Shown here: in pieces, positions 18,216 through 27,824 of the stretch
How positions within the stretch are numbered: the stretch's first letter is position 1
Layout of the letters: every line of letters begins with the position of its first letter
Assembly: GCA_963771885.1 (NCBI GenBank)
Contig: CAVYVF010000023.1
Span: 1-64,000, forward strand
From: Candidatus Bathyarchaeota archaeon
GTDB lineage: Archaea; Thermoproteota; Bathyarchaeia; TCS64
Direction of reading: 5' to 3'
Length of the DNA: 64,000 nt
The notes under the pieces: model-generated
Seen by the model: only the letters and a program-made list of their open reading frames with translations
Database searches by the model: none
What the model was told of the DNA's origin: nothing
Made by a program: the position numbers and the translations under genes

Positions 18216-19383
18216 TGACGACCACCATATAGCCCCAGATGAATATGCATGCGAGATGGACGAGCAAAGGCGCCGTGAAACCGTACGCAGCGTAGATGAG
18301 CCCCCCGAGGTACGGCGCAGGTATCATCGCGAACCTGTTGTAAGCATCCATCTTACCAAGGATGGAGGATCGGACCCCAACGGGCACACGCTCGGCGATT
18401 ATGCTCATCCAATTCGGTATCCATAAGCAAGGGTCGAGACCGTTAAAGACGCTGAAGACCAGGAAGGCGGGGAAACTACGGAACAGAATGAAGCCAACGG
18501 TAGCGATCATAGCGGAGGCCGTTGACAACAATACTCCGAGGCGCGCACCGAACCGCTCAGAGAGCTTCCCCCCAGGGATCGAGCCCAGAGCCCACGCGAG
18601 ACTCGAAGCAGTAGCCATCAGCCCCAGCTCCAGAGTTGTGAAACCATAGCTATCCGTCAGCGCGCCATAGAATAGGGAGTAGCCCACACCGTAGCCAATG
18701 CCCATAACAACCATCATCACATACATGGGAATCAGCTCCTTCTCCGGCCTCAGGTTCGCGATTATCCTCGAGCCGATGTCCTTCCCATTTGCGCCGGTGG
18801 TAACGTGCGTCTCCGTAACGAAAACCGCCATGAGCGCAATACCAATAGACTCACCTACTATCGTGACAGCGAATATCGGCCAATACCCGGTCACAATGGC
18901 AAGATAGCCACCGACCGAGGCCATAATGACGCTGGTCCCCTGGCTTATCGTCATCAGCGTCGCCAGAGCCGTCGCCCTCCTCGCGCCTCCCACAGACTCG
19001 GCTATAAGCGCCGTCCTCGCCGGATTCATCTGCTGCCAGAGGCAACTGAATCCGATGAAGAAGGCAAAAACGTAAAGGAAGACGACGTTCCCCGAGAATA
19101 GCAGGGCAAGGACGGCGGCGACCCTCGACACGTGCCCTAGAAGCATGACCTTCTTCCTCCCGAACATATCTGAGATGGGACCCCAGACGAAGAGCCCCGC
19201 AGCGGTGCTGAAGTTGATAACGCTCTGGACCACACCGAGGTCGACCACAGCCAACCCGAGGCTGAGTATGTAAGGCTGCCAGACTACGACGAGCATGCCG
19301 AAGCCCAGCTGAGAGACAAGGGTTTGCAACGCGAGAACCCGAATATTTCCCTCTAGGGCGAGGTACTTACTGAGCGAAGACAT
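18190..19383 (-). CDS. MFS transporter
   Basis: GPISDMFGRK and GKLSERFGAR; about 12 hydrophobic segments. Confidence 0.88.
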   Translation of the reverse strand: MSSLSKYLALEGNIRVLALQTLVSQLGFGMLVVVWQPYILSLGLAVVDLGVVQSVINFSTAAGLFVWGPISDMFGRKKVMLLGHVSRVAAVLALLFSGNVVFLYVFAFFIGFSCLWQQMNPARTALIAESVGGARRATALATLMTISQGTSVIMASVGGYLAIVTGYWPIFAVTIVGESIGIALMAVFVTETHVTTGANGKDIGSRIIANLRPEKELIPMYVMMVVMGIGYGVGYSLFYGALTDSYGFTTLELGLMATASSLAWALGSIPGGKLSERFGARLGVLLSTASAMIATVGFILFRSFPAFLVFSVFNGLDPCLWIPNWMSIIAERVPVGVRSSILGKMDAYNRFAMIPAPYLGGLIYAAYGFTAPLLVHLACIFIWGYMVVVITRPKAVT

Positions 19384-19439
19384 GCCGACCTAACCGTAAT
19401 GTAGAGGAAAACGAGTCGAATAGATAAACTGGGCGCCAA

Positions 19440-20249
19440 CTAACGCAGGATGTCGGCGAACAAAGCTATGTTATGCCTAACTTGAGGGATGTCGTACATA
19501 CCGATGTTCCAGGCGTCTATGAAATCGTGAAACCCGAGAGCATACCTGATACAGTCATCGCCCTGGGCCCTATAACGCCCCGCGGCGAGTATCTTAATGA
19601 CATAAACACCCTTCCCAGCATCGTGGCACGCCCTCAGCGCGTCGAGACGCATCTGCTGCGTACCGTCGTCGACGTATGTGCCCTTCATGTTGAGGGGCGC
19701 GCAGACGATATCGATCTCCGGCTCGTCCACTACCTGGCGCAGGGTATCGGTACTATGGGTTGATAGTGCGATCTTCTTGATCCTACCCGCATCCCTAGCC
19801 TCCAAATACGCCTCAAGCGTCCCCTTGCGCCCCTTAAAGTCCTGACTAATGTAGGCGCGATCATGGGCGTCCTTCCTCTCTACCGGCCTCGGCGGCACAA
19901 TGTGGAGGAACATAATGTCGATGTACTCGGTGCCAAGATCATTGCAGGCGAAGTCAACCGCTTTGACGCCCTCCTCGTAAGTGGCAGCATTCGACTTATC
20001 CGCGACGACTACACTACTCCTCTTAACCAGCTTTAGTGCCTCGCGAACATGGGGATGCGTCCCATAATCGTCCGAGGTGTCCCACATGTAAACGCCGAGC
20101 CTCGCCGCCTCCGCGAGTATCTCACCACCTTGCACGGGTGTCTTATCGCCCTGCTTCATATCGTCATCCGGCCCCTTCTTGAAGTTGAAGGGCTCCGTGC
20201 CATAGCAGAGCCTGCTCACCGTCAAACCGCCCAGATTAGCCGTCTGCAT
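19440..20249 (-). CDS. Aldo/keto reductase
   Basis: LTVSRLCYGT, WDTSDDYG, ADK, LGTEYIDIMFLH catalytic residues. Confidence 0.88.
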   Translation of the reverse strand: MQTANLGGLTVSRLCYGTEPFNFKKGPDDDMKQGDKTPVQGGEILAEAARLGVYMWDTSDDYGTHPHVREALKLVKRSSVVVADKSNAATYEEGVKAVDFACNDLGTEYIDIMFLHIVPPRPVERKDAHDRAYISQDFKGRKGTLEAYLEARDAGRIKKIALSTHSTDTLRQVVDEPEIDIVCAPLNMKGTYVDDGTQQMRLDALRACHDAGKGVYVIKILAAGRYRAQGDDCIRYALGFHDFIDAWNIGMYDIPQVRHNIALFADILR

Positions 20250-20343
20250 CCGAATCGGGGACAGCATGCACCCCACCCCTAGATAAGTAATGCCATGTGG
20301 AAACAGGGCAAGGCTTGATACCCCAGTCGACACTATTTCAACC

Positions 20344-20913
20344 ATGAAGAAGTCTATCGGAATAGGGACCTATGCACTACCCTCCCCCGTCTGGGTCGTC
20401 GGTACATACGACTCAGCCGGAAAACCAAACCTCATGACAGCTGCATGGGGCGGCATATGCAACAGCCGCCCGCCCTGCGTCTACGTCAGCCTCCGCAAGG
20501 CGACCTACAGCCACGGCAACATCATGGCGAGGAAAGCATACACCATAAGCATCCCTTCAGAGAAGCACCTAAGGGAAGCCGACTGGCTTGGAATAGCCTC
20601 AGGGCGCGACTTTGACAAGTTCGCCACAGCCAAACTAACTCCCATCAAGGGAACAAACGTCGACGCACCTTACGTCGATGAGTTCCCAGTCGCCATAGAG
20701 TGCCGTGTCAAAGAGATCGTAGAGCTCGGCCTCCACACCCAGTTCGTCGGCGAGATACTCGACGTTAAGGCTGATCACGCAGTCCTCAACGCCGAGGGGA
20801 TGATAGACATAGAGAAGGCGAAGCCCGTTATCTTCACAGCCGGCTCCGGCACCTACCACTCCGTAGGGAAGAAGCTGAGGGACGCTTTTACCGTCAAAGA
20901 AATGAAGGATTAA
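20344..20913 (+). CDS. Flavin reductase-like (flavoredoxin) protein
   Basis: PNLMTAAWGG, SGRDFDKF, IECRV, HTQFVGEI. Confidence 0.9.
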   Translation: MKKSIGIGTYALPSPVWVVGTYDSAGKPNLMTAAWGGICNSRPPCVYVSLRKATYSHGNIMARKAYTISIPSEKHLREADWLGIASGRDFDKFATAKLTPIKGTNVDAPYVDEFPVAIECRVKEIVELGLHTQFVGEILDVKADHAVLNAEGMIDIEKAKPVIFTAGSGTYHSVGKKLRDAFTVKEMKD

Positions 20914-21115
20914 CACTTCAGTAATCCAAACCCTCGACGGAATAGATGGGGGAAACATGAAGGAATAATAACAATATTCAGAATGCTAACAATACGAGTA
21001 TGATTAAGGAATAATGAACGCTGAATCGTAATTACTATATAGGATCACCGGCGAATAGGAAAAGGCCTGATAACTCAACATTTGCAGAGGAAAAACTGCC
21101 TTTTTCTAGGGAAGT

Positions 21116-21264
21116 ATTAAATATTGATCTATATCACCACTCTATCTAGCCGGAAAAAGGGAACACGTGCTCCTCTGCACGAGTTTGGATCGGCGTGAGG
21201 CTAGCCTCACGGGGGTGCGTGATACTCTTTACGGTGAATTGAAAACGAATGGTGAAAAAAGCGA
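21116..21264 (+). promoter_or_regulatory. Promoter plus about 120-nt structured leader of the four-gene membrane operon
   Basis: TATTAAATA at 21116; hairpin CGTGC/GCACG at 21166-21181; perfect 18-bp palindrome CGTGAGGCTAGCCTCACG at 21194-21211; two GGTGAA motifs before the ATG. Confidence 0.5.
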
Positions 21265-22062
21265 ATGGGAGTATGGATAGTTCAAGACACCAAGTTCGTT
21301 GCGCTCCTGTTGCTCATAGCCTCCTTCGTTCTATTCTACGCCTACATGGCCTTAGCTAAGGGCGGCATGAAGATCAAAGCCCGCACCTTCCCAGCCGTAG
21401 CCGCTATTCCGGAGGCTATAGGCAGGGCGGCCGAGATGGGTAGACCCGTCTATTATTCGACGGGAATGGGACAAGGGACGCTAAACAACCAGCTTAACGG
21501 ACCCCAGACACTGGCCGGTATAAGCATACTCGGCTACACGACCCGCCTCTGCGCGAAGAGTGGGGTCAAGCTCACCTACTTCACTCCGATCGCGGACTCA
21601 CTCCCCCTCGTCGAGGAGACGATGAGAACCGCCTACATGGCGGAGGGAAAGCCCGAGGAGTTCGACCCAGCGGTCATGATAAACTTCCAGAACGAGCAAA
21701 GCCCCTACCTCACCGCCTCACTCGGCTGGATACAGAGGGAGAAGCCCGCCTCCACCTTCCTACTCGGAGGCTTCTACTACGAGGCGGTCGTCATCGGCGA
21801 GGCAGGCAACACAATCGGCGCGATGCAGATCGGCGGCTCGGCAAACACACACCAGCTGCCCTTCCTCGTGGCAACCTGCGACTACACCCTCATCATGGAG
21901 GAGCTCTACGCAGCCTCCGCTGAGATATCGGGCAACCCCGACGTCCTCGGCAGCCTCAAGGGGGAGGACCTGCTAAAGTTCTTCGTACTGATACTTCTGG
22001 GAATCGGATTCGTCCTAGCGCTCGTCAACAACAAGGCGCTGATAAACTTACTGAAGGTGTAA
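21265..22062 (+). CDS. DUF6754-like membrane-anchored protein (operon gene A)
   Basis: AIPEAIGRAAEMGRPV, GAMQIGG, QLPFLVATCDYTLIMEELYAASA; N- and C-terminal TM helices; family recognised from memory. Confidence 0.75.
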   Translation: MGVWIVQDTKFVALLLLIASFVLFYAYMALAKGGMKIKARTFPAVAAIPEAIGRAAEMGRPVYYSTGMGQGTLNNQLNGPQTLAGISILGYTTRLCAKSGVKLTYFTPIADSLPLVEETMRTAYMAEGKPEEFDPAVMINFQNEQSPYLTASLGWIQREKPASTFLLGGFYYEAVVIGEAGNTIGAMQIGGSANTHQLPFLVATCDYTLIMEELYAASAEISGNPDVLGSLKGEDLLKFFVLILLGIGFVLALVNNKALINLLKV

Positions 22063-22068
22063 TGAAAA

Positions 22069-22725
22069 ATGTCACAGGTATACAAGCGTGAACTGGTCTT
22101 CATCACAACGGGCATAGTTGCCTTGGTAATGATGCTTGACTACTTCTTCGGAAAGAACATACCCGGCATCAGCGGCGCTGGAAACCTATCCTCGACACTA
22201 CAGACGTGGGCGCTAATCATCCAGTTAATGGCCATCGGACTGGGTGCCATAAACCTCATCCAGGTCCACTATAGGCAGATCAGCAGGAAGACGCCCATGA
22301 TGGTGTACAGTGCATCATTCATGGTATTCTTCGCCTTCCTGCTCATCCTCGGCCTCTACAAGCTGGCCACGGGAGTCGAGCTCTACCCATACACATGGGT
22401 CTTCGCCAACGTCTACACTAGCCTAGGAGCAACACTCTACGCCATCACTGGCTTCTACATCTTCTCAGCAGCCTACCGCGCCTTCAGGGCGAGAAACATC
22501 GACGCGGCCATCCTCCTCATTGGAGGCATCTTCGTCCTGCTCGCAAACGCCCCCATCGGCGAGGTAATCTGGGGAGGATTCCCACTCATCGGCAACTGGT
22601 TCAACAACGTCGGGCAGGTCCCCGGAATGAGGACCTTCACCGTCGTGGGTGCACTGGGACTGCTGGCCTACGGATTCAGAGCCCTGATCGGCAAGGAGAG
22701 GGGCTTCTACTCGGAGGTTCAGTAA
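22069..22725 (+). CDS. Uncharacterised multi-TM protein (operon gene B)
   Basis: About 6 hydrophobic segments, SAAYRAFRAR motif, LIGKER C-terminus. Confidence 0.8.
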   Translation: MSQVYKRELVFITTGIVALVMMLDYFFGKNIPGISGAGNLSSTLQTWALIIQLMAIGLGAINLIQVHYRQISRKTPMMVYSASFMVFFAFLLILGLYKLATGVELYPYTWVFANVYTSLGATLYAITGFYIFSAAYRAFRARNIDAAILLIGGIFVLLANAPIGEVIWGGFPLIGNWFNNVGQVPGMRTFTVVGALGLLAYGFRALIGKERGFYSEVQ

Positions 22726-22726
22726 G

Positions 22727-23587
22727 ATGAGCGGACAATCTATCTGGGACAAGCTGCAGAACGTAGACAGGAGAGTATTCTACTGGATACTCTTCATCTC
22801 TCTGACGATCCCCTTCCTCACCCCGATCGGGCTCCCCATCACGATCACGCCCTCGACGCAAGCCTACTACGACGGTCTCGCGTCGATTCAGCCCGGTGAA
22901 TACGTCGTGCTGAGCATCAACTCGGGTGTAAGCGCCTGGGGTGACTGCCTACCGGCGATGGTTGCCTCCGTGCACCAGGTGCACGAACAGGGCGGAAAGC
23001 TCATCGTCTGGAGCATAGGCTACAACGACGTCGACATCACTTGGGCGAAGATCAAGGAGAAGAATCCTGAGACCTTCGCCGACTGGGTTGAGGGTGAAGA
23101 CTATGCGTACTTCGGCTACTGCCCGCCACAGGAGACAAACGTCGCTCTCCTAAGGGACGACATCAGGGCGGTCTATCCCAAGGACGTCAGGGGAGTCGCC
23201 ACGGATGACATACCCATGATGCAGGGCGTAAACGGGGCGAACAAGATCAAATTCGTCCTGTCGAGCGACACGGGTGACGCGCAGATGTACTACATCCGCC
23301 AGTGGAAGAACGGCCAAGTCAACTACGAGGGGACAGGCATGCCTCCGACCGTCGCCGAGATGGGCATTGCCATGAACAAGTCGGGCGACATGGCATATTT
23401 CCTCTCCGGTGACGAGTTCGGCCTAGTGGCCGGCTCGAGGGGTGCTGCCGAGCTCGAAGCCCTAACCGGCTTCAAGGGCGACGCCACGACCACGATGGAC
23501 TCCATCAGCGTCAGCCACGTACTGCTCGTACTGGCCATCATACTGACTAACATCGGTATGTTCGCCACCAGGGGGAACAAGAAATGA
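22727..23587 (+). CDS. Uncharacterised membrane-anchored protein (operon gene A')
   Basis: DRRVFYWILF TM segment, PIGLP, soluble domain, GLVAGSRGAAELE, C-terminal TM. Confidence 0.8.
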   Translation: MSGQSIWDKLQNVDRRVFYWILFISLTIPFLTPIGLPITITPSTQAYYDGLASIQPGEYVVLSINSGVSAWGDCLPAMVASVHQVHEQGGKLIVWSIGYNDVDITWAKIKEKNPETFADWVEGEDYAYFGYCPPQETNVALLRDDIRAVYPKDVRGVATDDIPMMQGVNGANKIKFVLSSDTGDAQMYYIRQWKNGQVNYEGTGMPPTVAEMGIAMNKSGDMAYFLSGDEFGLVAGSRGAAELEALTGFKGDATTTMDSISVSHVLLVLAIILTNIGMFATRGNKK

Positions 23588-24267
23588 TTGAGAACATAGC
23601 CGCACCATACCCGACCGACCCGCTCGCCATCCTCGGCGTCTGGGTAGCCCTAGCGCTGATGCTGGCCATCTACAGCTACCCGCTGTGGAAGGAGAACCCG
23701 ATCTACAGGTTCTCTGAGCACATCTTCGTCGCTACCGCTCTAGCAATCGGCATCGTCGTCAACCTGAACAGCCTGAAGAATACAGCTATCACACCGCTCT
23801 TGGGCGGAAACTACCTGATGATAATCCCGATCATACTGGGAGCCCTCATGTACTTCCTGCTCATCCCGAAGCAGAGGTGGCTCAGCAGGTACCCGATCGC
23901 GGTACTTGTAGGCTCCTCGCTGGGCCTTGGTCTAGCGAGTAACCCGCTGCCGAGCATAGTCAACCAGATCATAAGCACGGTCACGGCGCCTGCCGCCGGT
24001 GCTCCGGTCTGGGGCTGGTTCCCAACCGCACCGACGGGAGACTGGTTCAGCTTCGTCTTCGTCGCGGTCGGCTGCTTTGCGTCGACGATGTACTTCCTGC
24101 TGACCTACGAGCACACTGGGCCGGTAAAGCCGGTGACCATCGCGGGCAGGTACTTCATCATGCTCGCCCTGGGCGCCTACTTCGGCAACACAGTGCTCTT
24201 CAGGTTCAGCATGCTCGCGGAGCGCGGACAATACATCCTGAAGGTACTCGGGCTCGTGCCGTTCTAG
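23584..24267 (+). CDS. Uncharacterised multi-TM protein (operon gene B')
   Basis: SYPLWKENPIYRFSEH, GRYFIMLALGAYFGNT; about 6 TM; ATGA overlap with the upstream gene. Confidence 0.8.
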   Translation: MIENIAAPYPTDPLAILGVWVALALMLAIYSYPLWKENPIYRFSEHIFVATALAIGIVVNLNSLKNTAITPLLGGNYLMIIPIILGALMYFLLIPKQRWLSRYPIAVLVGSSLGLGLASNPLPSIVNQIISTVTAPAAGAPVWGWFPTAPTGDWFSFVFVAVGCFASTMYFLLTYEHTGPVKPVTIAGRYFIMLALGAYFGNTVLFRFSMLAERGQYILKVLGLVPF

Positions 24268-24288
24268 GAACAGCGCAACCCAATACCG

Positions 24289-24303
24289 TTTTTTCATTTC
24301 TTA
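24289..24303 (+). terminator. Oligo-T terminator candidate
   Basis: TTTTTTCATTTCTTA about 20 nt after the operon stop codon. Confidence 0.5.
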
Positions 24304-24367
24304 TACGACCTAGCGGAAGCTGGGATCAACCTGAATGTTATAAACGACGGGAACCGAGTAGTCTCCG

Positions 24368-25228
24368 TTGAACCCCTCCGACCTCAAGGAGCTCCTCGGC
24401 GAACCCCTAATACCCAAGCGGGTCTCTGTCGAGAACCTCATGCTCGTGGCTCTTGAACTCAGACCGTGCAGCCAGACAACAATCCCCGCGGAGCTACCCA
24501 GCGGCCAAACCATGGGAGAGAGAATTGACGCCCGATTCAAGCCGAGGCTCGAGCGGCTCCGCCTCATGCACGACCAGAAAGACAAGCTCAGGGAGATAGC
24601 GGAGATCAGGAAGGACATGGCGCAAGCCTTCGACGAGGTCGTTGAGGGCTCACAGGAGTATAAGGCGCTCGCCTCGTGGGCAAAGCAGTTAGGTCTTAAG
24701 GTAGACCAAGTAGAGATACGCCCCACACTCCACGAGTACTACCTCTACAGGGATAGAGAGACACTGAAGGAGCTGCAGAGGCTCATGCAGGAGAGAGGTA
24801 AACTACGCGTCGAGGCCATGAAGAAGCCCGACCCGTCTCGCGGACAGCTCCAGTTTGCCTACCCCGAGGAGTTCAACGGAGCGTGGATACGCCGGATGGG
24901 ACGGCTACTCGGCTACCCCGACTGCTGTGTAGAACAGTACGCATCCGACAGGGAGCAGGGAGTCAACGCCGAGGCACGCGCCGCGTCGCAGCTCAAGGAG
25001 CTAGGCTCGGACCCCGACCCACACACCTACCTCGCGAGCTACTTCTTCCCATGCAGCCCAACGTGCCAGAAGGCGAGGGAGAAGGGGGAGCTATACCACG
25101 GAAAACTCTCGGAGGCACTACCCGAGGCCGGGGAGGCATACGAGTCGATAATAAGGGAGAACCTAGAACGCGTCCGCAGGCAGCCCGAGATAATCAGCGA
25201 GTACCTGAGCAGACTGAAGGGCCTCTAA
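24368..25228 (+). CDS. DUF483-like hypothetical protein
   Basis: GRLLGYPDCC and FFPCSPTC motifs. Confidence 0.7.
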   Translation: MNPSDLKELLGEPLIPKRVSVENLMLVALELRPCSQTTIPAELPSGQTMGERIDARFKPRLERLRLMHDQKDKLREIAEIRKDMAQAFDEVVEGSQEYKALASWAKQLGLKVDQVEIRPTLHEYYLYRDRETLKELQRLMQERGKLRVEAMKKPDPSRGQLQFAYPEEFNGAWIRRMGRLLGYPDCCVEQYASDREQGVNAEARAASQLKELGSDPDPHTYLASYFFPCSPTCQKAREKGELYHGKLSEALPEAGEAYESIIRENLERVRRQPEIISEYLSRLKGL

Positions 25229-25569
25229 CTCTTCCTGAGTGGTATCTCACCCTGCTTGACGGGGATGCGCTCAACCTTGAATGTGACGGGGCGCTCCGAG
25301 TCGGGGCAGCTGAAGTACTTTATCTTGTCTATGTAGTCCCAGGGCTCGGTGACGTTCCTCTCCATCGCTGAGGTGAGGGGTAGTATGGCGCTGAAGGCGG
25401 CGAGGCAGACACTGTCCGTCTCCTCGAGTACGAGCCTACCGGGGTTGCTCGTGATTGTGATCTTGTCGCCTACCTTGTATATCTTGCAGGGACCCTTGAC
25501 GTGTGGAGGAGCACCGTCTAGGCTCCTCGGCGCCTGAACATCAACAACGGTGAAGACTACCTTGTACAT
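25225..25569 (-). CDS. TIGR04076-like small Cys protein
   Basis: CKIYKVGDKI, VCLAAFSAILP, FSCPD. Confidence 0.72.
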   Translation of the reverse strand: MYKVVFTVVDVQAPRSLDGAPPHVKGPCKIYKVGDKITITSNPGRLVLEETDSVCLAAFSAILPLTSAMERNVTEPWDYIDKIKYFSCPDSERPVTFKVERIPVKQGEIPLRKS

Positions 25570-25611
25570 ACTTGCTTCTTAACTATCGAATGTATAAAAC
25601 GATATGCAAAG

Positions 25612-26076
25612 TTAGGGCTCAGAGTAGACCAGCTTGAAACGCTCGAGGATGACTTCCATATCCTCTTTGAAGGCGTACCCCAACCTCTCCCCGGAGCGCC
25701 GCCAATATTTGCTGTGCTCACGTGTGAAGGAGGCCAGGCTCCTGTCGTCCTCGCCCTCGCTAAAAGCGTGCTCGACGTCCACCTCGTCGAAACGACACCG
25801 GCGGACGCTGAGGGTCTGGATCACGGCGCGAGGCTGATCCAGACCGTCGAGAATGACGCTATAATCACCCACCTTATTAATGGGCCAACCCTCTAGCTCG
25901 TTCTCCTTCACGAGGCTTGCAGTACCCGTCTTCTTCCCCTCGAGTACAAGTGCAAAAAGCTCGTCATTTAACCCGGCGGTGTCTCCAAATCCCCAGGCAT
26001 CGACAAAGTCTCCCCTGATACTCGTCGCCTTCTTAGCGCGTTCCCAGAAACTCAAGACCTCCTCGCTGTGACCCAT
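25612..26076 (-). CDS. ASCH domain protein
   Basis: FGD, LVLEGKKTGTAS, HAFSEGEDDRSL, ERF. Confidence 0.88.
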   Translation of the reverse strand: MGHSEEVLSFWERAKKATSIRGDFVDAWGFGDTAGLNDELFALVLEGKKTGTASLVKENELEGWPINKVGDYSVILDGLDQPRAVIQTLSVRRCRFDEVDVEHAFSEGEDDRSLASFTREHSKYWRRSGERLGYAFKEDMEVILERFKLVYSEP

Positions 26077-26876
26077 TAGGCTTGACCTCGGTTTATTCCC
26101 CAGAAGTGGCGAACCTCCATGTCATCGGGGCTGTCCGTGCCATGTGTGCCCTTTCCTGTCGTCTGGTCGATGTGGGTCCCGTGGTCGGGCGTGAAGGCAA
26201 CCACTCTGTTCACGTGGACGTATCTCTCGTTGAAGGCCGAGGCGAGCGTCTCGAAGCTCTTCAGATGCCTCCTGAACGCCTCAAGCGCCTTAGGGTCTCT
26301 CGGCGTCGAGCCATGCATCAGATCATCGTACTCCTGATGGTAGACGACGATTAGGTCGTAGTCCTTCACATTCAGGATGTCGAGAACACGCGCCTCGACC
26401 TGCGGGTCATACTCCTCGGTATAGTAGTCGATCTTCCGGTTCCTAAAGACGAGGTCGATGCTACTCCCCTTAACGGCGACTATGGCGACACTCTTCCCCG
26501 ATCTAGCCAGTGCGTCGAAGAGTGTGTCGACGGCGAGGACGGGCTTCTCGTACTTTTTAATGCCGTGAACGGCAGGTTGGGCGCCTGTGAACATGCTACT
26601 GAAGCAGACGGGCGTCCAAGTGGGGATTACTGACTTCATCTCAACCTCAAGAGACGCCGCCTTCTTAACTCCCGAGAACTGGCTCCGATAATCCTGGTAT
26701 AACCCCTCCCCTATAGCGTCCGGAGCGTAAATCAGCGCCTTACTGATCTTCCCTCCCCTGAGCTTCCTTACCGCTTCGACTAGTACCAAGTCAATTGGTA
26801 GCTCACCCGAATCCCTCGGCGGCTCTACGCCAAAGAGGGCGCAAATGGTGGGAGTAACTGAGGCGATGCTAGACAT
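26076..26876 (-). CDS. Alkaline phosphatase superfamily (nucleotide pyrophosphatase-like) protein
   Basis: APDAIG, SVIPTWTPVCFSSMFTG, YDDLMH, TPDHG, GTHG. Confidence 0.8.
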   Translation of the reverse strand: MSSIASVTPTICALFGVEPPRDSGELPIDLVLVEAVRKLRGGKISKALIYAPDAIGEGLYQDYRSQFSGVKKAASLEVEMKSVIPTWTPVCFSSMFTGAQPAVHGIKKYEKPVLAVDTLFDALARSGKSVAIVAVKGSSIDLVFRNRKIDYYTEEYDPQVEARVLDILNVKDYDLIVVYHQEYDDLMHGSTPRDPKALEAFRRHLKSFETLASAFNERYVHVNRVVAFTPDHGTHIDQTTGKGTHGTDSPDDMEVRHFWGINRGQA

Positions 26877-26935
26877 GGGTCAAAATAAGCCCATGAGGTA
26901 AAAACAGTTACCTAAAAAAACGAAAGCCTCGGGGT

Positions 26936-27739
26936 TTACTCGATGAGGTAGACGATGCTCAGCGTTACCGTGACACTGAGGTTGCCCTGTAAGATAGGAG
27001 TCGATGCCTTGCCCTCAGCGGAGACGCCTACGTCGTAGCTCCTGTATGAACTGTACGGGACATAGTAGCTCTCGGAGATACTCTGGACGCCCGTAACGGT
27101 CACACCCAGGCCGCTGGTGATGACGTCGCTCTTCGCCTTAGCATCGTTGATGGCGAGGGTATATGCCTGGAGTTTTATCGCCTGAACTGTCGCATCGGAG
27201 ATGCCGAAGCTTATCGAGTCGACCCTATTGGCGCCTGCAGCTGTAGCCGCGTCGATCGCCGGACCGACCTTGGAGAGGTCGCTAATCGTCAGCTCGATGA
27301 GGTTCGTAACCTGGTAGCCAACGACGGACTGTATCTCCCAGTTGTAAGTTGGGGAGACGCCGAAGCTTGTGGTCTGCATGTTCTCGTCCTTGAAGCCCAT
27401 CGCCTTGAGGGCTGCAATGATCTGGGTCATAAGGGCGGCGTTCTCATCGATCGCCACGCCCGCGGACTTGCCCTCGGTGTAGACGCCGAGGATGATCTTC
27501 GCCTGGTCACTCTTCACGTTGACGACGCCGGTGCCCGAGATGCTCATCGTCTTGGGCGTCGCCGACGTGTCAAGGGCGGTCACCGTCGAGTAGGTGTTAG
27601 GCGCCGCGGAGACACCTGTTGGAAACCTGAACTCGGTGAACTCGGCGACAATGCCGGGCTTGTAGGTCATTATCATCCCCGCGAGTAGGATGGAAGCACA
27701 AATTGCTACGACTGATACTACCTGCTGTGTCTTCTCCAT
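26936..27739 (-). CDS. SIMPL (DUF541) domain secreted/membrane-anchored protein
   Basis: N-terminal hydrophobic segment; SISGTGVVNVKSDQAKIILGV, GYQVTN, GANRVDSISF. Confidence 0.88.
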   Translation of the reverse strand: MEKTQQVVSVVAICASILLAGMIMTYKPGIVAEFTEFRFPTGVSAAPNTYSTVTALDTSATPKTMSISGTGVVNVKSDQAKIILGVYTEGKSAGVAIDENAALMTQIIAALKAMGFKDENMQTTSFGVSPTYNWEIQSVVGYQVTNLIELTISDLSKVGPAIDAATAAGANRVDSISFGISDATVQAIKLQAYTLAINDAKAKSDVITSGLGVTVTGVQSISESYYVPYSSYRSYDVGVSAEGKASTPILQGNLSVTVTLSIVYLIE

Positions 27740-27824
27740 TGATATTACCGAAACAGATGGGGGTGCTTGGGGCTATTAACCCCACACTTTAGAACATCTG
27801 TACGAATGAGTAGAACAGCCCCGG

